The notes under the pieces were generated by a model. It did no database searches, was not told the origin of the DNA, and was given only the letters and a program-made list of their open reading frames with translations. The position numbers were made by a program, and so were the translations under genes. DNA of 54,993 nucleotides, filler included, from Circinaria calcarea (taxonomy: Eukaryota), in assembly GCA_051942165.1 (NCBI GenBank). It is 4 parts of 4 records of this genome, joined end to end, with 100 filler letters (N's around TTAATTAATTAA, not from the genome) between each part and the next. Parts side by side here need not be neighbours in the genome. Positions count along the whole stretch, not along the records: positions 41,360 to 54,993 come from JAVECS010000482.1; 3 more parts are not named here. One strand, given 5' to 3'. Every line of letters starts with the position of its first letter. The stretch's first letter is position 1. Positions 47,378 to 54,993 of the stretch are shown here, piece by piece.

Positions 47378-50143
47378 ATGTCGACCTACTTATCATCCGG
47401 CTCTCCGGCTACTCGTGAAACTGCTTCTGGCGATTTTGTCATCCACGAAGAACCAGAGTCTCCACAACACACGCCAACCAATACATCTGAAGCAAGCCCT
47501 GTGAGTGCACCATGGATAGACCGTCTTCCCTTCGTGAGCTGATGAATTGGCATTGTAGTGTCCAAAGCACGTGGGGATGACAAATGATAGTACAACCCCT
47601 CTTACAACTACGAAACTTCGGAATGCTTTGCCCTCGGCTTTGAATCGTGCTGCATCTGGCTTCAAGGTCTGTCACACATGCAAAGAAATAGGTTTTCGGC
47701 GCTAATAAGCTTAGAAACAGAAGGTTGACCATGGCCTTTCAGCTTTTGAATCAGAGAACCAGCCTTCTTCCATGGATATTCTCCTCGCCAAGCTTTCTGA
47801 GCAACAAGTGCTACTCGAGAAGCAGAAGAATGCTCTTTCCTCGGGCGAGAATCAAGGCCCTCATCACGAGCTAGACGAGTCTGTGTCTGATTCGGTACCG
47901 TTGACCCCAGCAACTGACTCCTTCAACGTCACACCATCATCCGAGGCGGACGACGACGAAAAAACCATCCAGGTCGATACGGAAGCAATGCTCCGTCTAA
48001 AGAAAGAGCTCGACGCTGCAAAGGACAAGATTGCCCGTCAGGAGCAGGAGCTTTCTCAAACACGTGTCATTAAGCGTACTTTGGACCAAGCCATGGGTTC
48101 CCTCCCTGCTCCCCGTCCTAATGCCGGCATCTCCATCAAGCATGAGACCTTTGCTGATCCGTCAGAAGCTGGCCATCCCTCCACTCGCGTTACCCAAGAT
48201 GATTCCCAGTCCGAAGTTTCCGAAGTCTTACCTGCTAACGGCGTCAACCGAGCACAGAGCATTTGGTCCAATACAGCCGGATCGGGTTTCGGCACAGGGT
48301 TGTCAATTCCAAACAATCATCCGAACTTGCAACAATCATCTATCTGGGCCCCAGGATCTAGCCGCTCATGGATGAATCGACCAGTCAATCATGGACCGCC
48401 CTCCTTGATGGTACCACAGCAGTCGAATTTGCAACAACGTGCTTTGTCCGGACCTTCATCACCTACGTCCGGCACCAATGGCCGTTTCTCTGATTTCGGT
48501 CAATTTCAAGGCGGCTTAGGCCTTCGTCGCTCGAACACTCAGAGCACCCGCGCAGGTTCAGCTTACGTTCCGAACCGCAACAACGACTGGGACACTTTTA
48601 GTATGGTCAATGATGGTGGTTCGCTGAACGGTATGAATCCTATAAATTCCTACCAGCCACCGAGTATGTTTCAACAGCCCATGACGTATCAGCCACGCCC
48701 AATTGGTACACCTCTTTCGCCAACTGCCGCAGAGTTTACCATAGGCAACATGTCTAATGGCCCATGGAATGCCGCTGTGGGTTTTATTTCTCCTTGAGAT
48801 TGATATTTGCTAACATTGGCGTAGCCTCCATCCTCGCCAGGGCAGACTTATGTCTCTCCGTTGGAGCCTCTCAATTACCGGCGTCTTTTAGACCGAAGTG
48901 TCACTTGTAACTGGAAATACATCGTTGACAAGATCGTCTGCAACAATGATCAGCAAGCCTCGATCTTCCTGCAGCAGAAGCTCAAGGTCGGCACTGCGGA
49001 GCAGAAGTTCGAGATTGTGGAGGCCATTGTTGCTCAGGCGTACCCACTGATGGTGAATCGATTCGGCAATTTCCTTGTTCAGCGCTGTTTCGAACACGGA
49101 ACTCCCGAACAGGTTATCGCCATTGCTAATGCCATCCGCGGTAATACTCTAAGCCTCAGCATGGATGCCTTCGGCTGCCACGTTGTCCAGAAGGCTTTTG
49201 ATGCAGTGCCGGAGGACTACAAGGCCATCATGGTTCACGAGCTTCTTCGTCGTATTCCCGAGACTGTGATCCACCGTTATGCCTGTCATGTATGGCAGAA
49301 ACTGTTCGAGTTGCGTTGGAGTGACTCACCTCCGCAAATCATGAAGTACGTTAACGAAGCCTTGCGAGGAATGTGGCATGAAGTTGCCTTGGGCGAAACA
49401 GGCAGCTTGGTGGTTCAGAATATATTTGAAAACTGTCTCGAGGAAGACAAGGTGGGCTACAACGTTCTATAAACACAACTTCAAGTACTAATTCCTCTTA
49501 CAGCGCCTCTGCATCAACGAGGTCCTAGCAAGCATCGATATGGTTGCTCACGGCCAGTTTGGCAATTGGTGCATCCAGCACATCTGTGAACACGGTGCCC
49601 CTGCCGATCGCAGCCGCGCCATCGACCATGTACTTCGATTTGCTACTGAGTACAGCATGGATCAGTTTGCTTCCAAAGTCGTCGAGAAGTGTCTCAAGAT
49701 TGGCGGCGCAGAGTTCTTGGAGCGCTATCTCGAGCGCGTCTGTGAGGGCCGTTCAGACCGTCCTCGTATTCCATTGATTGACAGTAAGTTATCATTGCTG
49801 CTGTGAAGAATTTAGGCGTGCTAACAAGGATCCCAGTCGCAAGCGATCAGTATGGAAACTACTTGATTCAATACATCTTGACCCATGCCAACAGTCAGCA
49901 TCGCGAGGTTGTAGCTTCACATATCCGGTAAGCTTTCCTATTCAAGCTGTTATCCCAACCATACTGATGTCTTGCAGTAAGCACATGGTCTCCCTGCGTG
50001 GTTCGAAATTTGGCTCTCGCGTTGGTATGCTTTGTTGCAATCCGGCGTACGCTACTCGTCCCGGACCAGCTGTTGGACCATCTGTCGGTCGCCTCAACAC
50101 CAATAACATGCAGACTGCGCGTTTCGGAAATCCTTTCCGCTAG
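47378..50143 (+). CDS. Pumilio-family (PUF) RNA-binding protein, Puf8/Mpf1-like, multi-exon
   Basis: Coiled-coil and low-complexity N-terminus, then PUF repeats: DQQASIFLQQKL, RFGNFLVQRCF, AFGCHVVQKAF, RYACHVWQKLF, QFGNWCIQHI, QFASKVVEKCL, QYGNYLIQYIL. The 5' exons are less certain. Confidence 0.9.
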
Positions 50144-51237
50144 ATAGTTGATCTACGGGATACTTCTGATTCGACCCTTGGTTGCTTGACATCAAATTTG
50201 GAAGAAGCTACAGGATCTCATTTACTTGTTGCATACACTCATGGCTCATTGATACTGCTTACAGAGGGGATAGCAATCGGATCGGCGCATGTCCTTGGAC
50301 TCATCTTCCGACAACCAGCCAAGATTGTCTTCGTCGCTCACCTGACATATTAGTGGTCTACAACATACTGTTTCATCTCCAGCTAGGGCATTCTATGCAG
50401 TCTTCGGTACAAAGATAGGATCTCGGAATTTCGAGCTCTTGGAAAGGGGGTAATCCTGGGTGAGAAGACGGAAGAAAATACGTTAGGGCCATGAGGGCGT
50501 GGCATACATGTTTCGCAGAGCACACTAATCGAGACTAGCGCGACATCCTAGCTTTCTTGCACTGTTTGTTTGTGTATGTTTGGCATGTGGCTGATCAAAG
50601 CTTCTCAAGGCATTCATTGCACACAACTGCTTGTATGTTGGAAGGTTGGGCCAGAAAGCTGTGTATTTACATGTACTCTTGGCCGCGAGCCTTGTAGCCT
50701 CCTTGTAGCCTACTTTCTAAACAAAAAGCATGCATTCTTTAAACTTTACCATTGCTTCAGGCGACTGCTGACTATCTATCTAATCAGAGGCCGTGACACG
50801 GGTTTGGGGTTCTCCCCGGCAACTTTGAGTCTTGCATAGTTTAATTAACATTCTAGATAAATGTCGTACCTCAGCAACTGTTGCAAATGATGAGGTGTGA
50901 GAGCAACTAACCTTATCATCTTTACTTATCAGACATCTCCTTAGGTAACTACGCGAAGCATTCATACTCCTTTTGCACACTTCCCGACTCCTGCTCTATC
51001 AAGAATAGAGTGTCCCAGCACGGTGCCTAGGTCGGCGGTGTGGAGCGACTTCCTTTTCCTTGGGGGAAAGAACAGTATTTCTGTAGTATTAGACGAGGGG
51101 TTCCCGGCTGAAAAGTAGAAAGCATTCCACTCAAATTTATTGGCAGTAGAAAATCAATGAACAAAATCACGCACCGAGTAGCTATGATTTGCTGAATTCC
51201 AACGAAAGCTTTCTCAGCGGTAACAGCTCCTCGGGTT

Positions 51238-51888
51238 TCAGATTGCCGGAGGGTCCAGATGTACTATTCCACCATCATCGGCAGTTTCACCACTTGCGCT
51301 CTTCTCCCACGGTTTCTTCCTTTTGGGTTTCGTGGCCTGAGAGGCTTGACCTTCTAGCACAGTATCTGGTACATCCTTGATGCCCGGAATAGGCTGGCCG
51401 GCGGTGATCAACTCAACTATGTGATTGAAAGAAAGGGGATAGGGAGCTGCTTCACCATCAGAAGCGGTCGATGCGGTGAGTGTCGGGGATAAATCTGTAG
51501 ACACGATTGATGGTTCTGTCGATGAGGTGGGTAGATCTTGAGGGGTTTCGTAAGTGATGGGATTGGACAAGGTCTGCTCCGCATGCCAGTCTCGATAGGC
51601 AGCAAAGTCAATTTGGACGTTGTGTTTCCTGCTTCTCAACTCAGCCAGGGCTCCAGTCCTTCAGTGGAGGTGAATGGCGGAGTCTTGCCTTGCGTAATAG
51701 AAACATCGAGCCCTTAATGTAAGCTGTTCTGCTTGCTCTGGGGCGGAATTAGGGCCTAAAATGGCACGCAGACCGGTTTGGAATTCTTCATCCGAGCTCC
51801 ATGGATAGGACTCAATTTGTGGGAAGAGCGTGGTGTTCGGGTCTACTGTAGCTGGAACTGTTTCTGTCGTTGCCATCAAGGACATCAT
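51238..51888 (-). CDS. PEX39: PEX39-like (DUF5572 + KPWE motif) peroxisomal PTS2-import factor, 2 exons
   Basis: YPWSSDEEFQTGLRAILG...LRARCFYYAR / KHNVQIDF, then YPLSFNHIVELITAGQPIPGIKDVPD and C-terminal RKKPWE. Needs a GC-AG intron at 51688-51629. Confidence 0.75.
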
Positions 51889-52164
51889 CTGGACATGGTG
51901 GTAACCAGCACTTCGCCTATACCATACATCCCTACATAAAATTATATGCAAGGCTTAGCGTTAATCTACTCCAATGGTAAGGCTTGGCAGCTTTTGAGTC
52001 GCGCCTAGCGAAGCTTCCTCGCAAACAATTCAATCCCTTCCACACTTTGAATCACCCATTCACCTCAACGCCTTGATACCCTTTTCATACCTCCGCAATG
52101 TTCCTCAGATAGTATCCTTTCATAGTCACACGATCTTGCCTTACAGAGCATTCCCACCGCCAGC

Positions 52165-54415
52165 ATGACTGAATTCATTGGGTGAGGCTGCGAAACTCGA
52201 CTTCGACGTTGGTCCTCTGGCTGATGAGGTGGTTCAGGTCGCGCATATCCTTGATTTCAAAACGAGACATCCGGTATGCATCCCTCGACAGAAAAGCGCG
52301 TCACTCGATATGCTTATGCCATGCTAGATATGTCGGTACGCTTCACGAAATCAGCTCGGAGAATTCCACCGTCGCTCTCGAACAGGTTGTATCCTTTGGC
52401 ACTGAAGGGCGACGCCCGGACGATGAGGTTCTCCCTTCGGACAATGTCTATGAGTACATCGTCTTTCGTGGTAGCGATGTGAAGGACTTGAGGATTGAGG
52501 AGCCGCCTAAAGAGAACAAGCCGCCCAAACCACCGCAGGTACCCGATGATCCTGCAATACTAGGGGTAAGTTGGGCGCATACAATTATCAATAGCTTGGG
52601 ACTGTTTGGTGGTTCTCGAGAGCCAGCGGTCTATAGATTAGGTGATGAAGCATTTCGGATATAAATCATATTTTGATCTCCGAGAGCGCAAACCCCATGT
52701 GGAGATTTCCGTTGCCTTCCTTCTGATATCCCCGACGTTTATACTCTAGAAAGACTTTGTGTTTGGGTATGAGTGAAGGCTAATTAGAAGGAATTTCACA
52801 GAGTGCACGGCGACCAACTCCTGCATCGACCCAACAACCACAACCAGCTCCACTTCAAGCGCAAACTCAACAATTACAGAATCAGCAACCAGCCCCTCAA
52901 CAGCCAGCACCTCAACAGCCAGCTCAACAACGACAGCCACCGCCTCCGCACTTTCAGCAACCTCCTTTCCCGTATTACTACCCTCCTCCGCCAAACCAGC
53001 GCTTTGGTCCTCAAGGGTTTCCGCCCGGTCCGGGATTCCCTGGCATGCCATATGGTGCTCCTCCTCCTGGTTGGTATCCTCCTCCAGGTCATGGCTTCCC
53101 CAATATGCCGCCTGGTCAGTTTCACCCTCATCAGATGCCGATTGGACCGCCGGGTCCGCATAATTTTCAGAAAGTACCCCAGCCGCAACAGTCTTCTGCT
53201 CCTATAGAAGCAATCAAACCGCCTTCAAAGCCACAATCGCCAAAGCCCGTTGCCACTGTGAAACTTCCCAGCTCATCAACCACTCCGGTTCCTCCGGCGC
53301 AAGCGCAGAAAGCTCCACCGCCTCCTACGGAGTCAAAACCAGATGTTGCAGCAGCGCTAGCACCGCCGGCACCTACAATAAGCCAAGCTATATCCACAGC
53401 CAGTCAAGCAACTCTCGCACCCACCAAGGATATCACTACAGCTAACCAGGTAATTCCTACGGTTGCAAAGCCTATTCCTACAGGGCCGAAGAGCGGAAGA
53501 ATAATTCCCGCTGTGCCCATTCCGAGTCCGAGAATGAAAATGCCGGTGTCTCCAAACGGTAACGTTAAGTCGGCAATCGCTACCGCTCCGAAACCTATTC
53601 CTGCTCAAGCTCCTCTCCAAGCTCCTCCACAGCCGGTTGCGACTAAGCCTTCACCAGCCCCAACAAAGACTCTCGAAGAAGCAACTCGAGATGCAAGAGC
53701 GGCGGTTGCCGCAGCGATGGCAAAGCTACCTCCTGCACCAGGACAGAAGAAACAGGTAGATGGTCAAGGTGCAATGGATAATTTGACCAAGAAGGTCAAC
53801 GAGATGAGGACGAATGACAACATCCGCACGTCGCGTCAACCAGGTACGGGTGGATATGTTACAGGACACCGTGGCGGTGCAAGAGGGAATTATCGTGGGG
53901 GGCGAACACATCCGGAGCAGCAAGGGAAGAAGGTGGAAGTTCCCACCACAGACTATGATTTTGCCTCTGCAAACGCCAAATTTAACAAGCAGGATCTCGT
54001 AAAGGAGGCTATTGCCACCGGATCGCCGATTGAGGCACCAACAACGAACGGCAATGATGTAATGGAGGTCAACGGGAGCAGCAAGGGCAGCCAACCTAGT
54101 ATTGATTTTCCATCCGGAGTTGGATACAACAAGTCTTCTTCCTTTTTCGACAACATTTCCAGCGAGAGCAAAGACCGGACCGAGGATGGAGGGAATCGGC
54201 TCGGCGGGCGCGAGTTCCGCACCGAAGAGCGTCAGAAGAACTTGGAGACTTTTGGTCAAGGAAGCGTGGACAACGGGTATCGTGGTGGTTTCCGGGGAGG
54301 ACGAGCTAGGGGAAGGGGATTCGCAAGGGGCGCTAGAGGTGGTTATGCGCCACGTGCGGGTGGTCGTGGGGGTTTACCGAGGGGTGGCAGAGGTCCTGTC
54401 GCGACGGAAGGATGA
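52165..54415 (+). CDS. SCD6: Scd6/LSM14 (Sum2/RAP55) P-body translational repressor, 4 exons
   Basis: Lsm14 N-domain MTEFIG/SRISLISKRDIR/YVGTLHEI..STVALEQVVSFGTEGR..YEYIVFRGSDVKDL. DFDF box (DYDFASANAKFNK), FFD box (YNKSSSFFDNISSE), TFG box and RGG tail. Confidence 0.93.
52636..52731 (+). ncRNA. Intronic box C/D snoRNA, predicted guide for 18S rRNA Am420 (snR52-equivalent)
   Basis: Inside the 236-nt SCD6 intron (52566-52801): box C GTGATGA at 52642-52648, box D CTGA at 52723-52726. Guide GTTGCCTTCCTT (52711-52722) is complementary to conserved 18S AAGGAAGGCAGC with one G-U pair. Confidence 0.8.
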
Positions 54416-54776
54416 GTTGTGGAGGATCCTTTTTTTCTTCTTTTTTTTTTAAACTGTGCAACGACCTGAGTGAAGGGGGTGGAGCTGGAGAGGGAGCCGA
54501 TAACGATGTATATGGCTCCTTGAAGAGATTTGTAGGAGACGGGTAGTTACGAAGATGAGAGAGATGGGAGGATACGAAAATCCCCCCCTTTTTTGTTTTT
54601 TTACTCTGTAGGAACTAGGGTAGGGGGAAAAAACCAAAGCAACCTTTTCCAGTTTGGAGGGGGGAAGATTTGTACCAATTAATGCAAGCGAAAAAAAAAA
54701 CATGATGAAATCACATTCAGATCCGGGCAGCATTTCCTTTTGGATTTTTTTGGTGGTTTTTTTCCCTTGTCTTCTG

Positions 54777-54937
54777 TGATTCTGATTCTGATTCTGATTC
54801 TGATTCCTTTTTTCCCGGGGCCGGTGATTCGGTGATCGGGTGATTCGGTGAAAAAGGAAGAAGGAAAAGAAAGTGTAGGCGTGAGTGCCGGGCTAGATGG
54901 GTAAGTAAGAATAAGGAATAAGGAATAAGGAATAAGG
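54777..54937. repeat. Microsatellites (TGATTC)5 and (AATAAGG)4
   Basis: Directly visible at 54777-54806 and 54910-54937 near the contig end. Confidence 0.85.
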
Positions 54938-54993
54938 ATAAAGGGGTCGATGGTCCGGGGTCGGTATTTTGAGAGCGCTCTTGGGGGTTGGGA

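Overview
Intron-containing filamentous ascomycete (Pezizomycotina-type) DNA. The window is not one locus: it is four separate contigs (1-13705, 13806-27498, 27599-41259, 41360-54993) of steadily decreasing length (13705, 13693, 13661, 13634 bp), joined by identical artificial 100-nt N44-TTAATTAATTAA-N44 linkers. Contig 1 carries an aldo-keto reductase, a full-size PDR/ABCG transporter, an alpha/beta-hydrolase pseudogene hidden in the intergenic space, and an A-T-R NRPS-like reductase. Contig 2 looks like an accessory island: a protein kinase C-lobe, a perfect 35-bp hairpin, an intronless ~1075-aa Upf1/Sen1-type SF1B helicase, an F-box pseudogene, a dsRBD-like exon, several tandem-repeat arrays, and a secreted WSC/Ser-Thr-rich protein. 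Contig 3 is a candidate aromatic-polyketide cluster, cut at both ends: UDP-glycosyltransferase, atypical Zn-type dehydrogenase, FAD monooxygenase, DUF3237-like secreted protein, Gre2-like reductase pseudogene, and a TE-less (group V type) non-reducing PKS. Contig 4 is housekeeping: a TPT/Sly41-like transporter, an S9-type hydrolase, a Pumilio protein, a PEX39-like protein with a GC-AG intron, and Scd6/LSM14, whose long intron hosts a C/D snoRNA predicted to guide 18S Am420 (snR52-equivalent). All family calls come from motifs read by eye; no searches were run.
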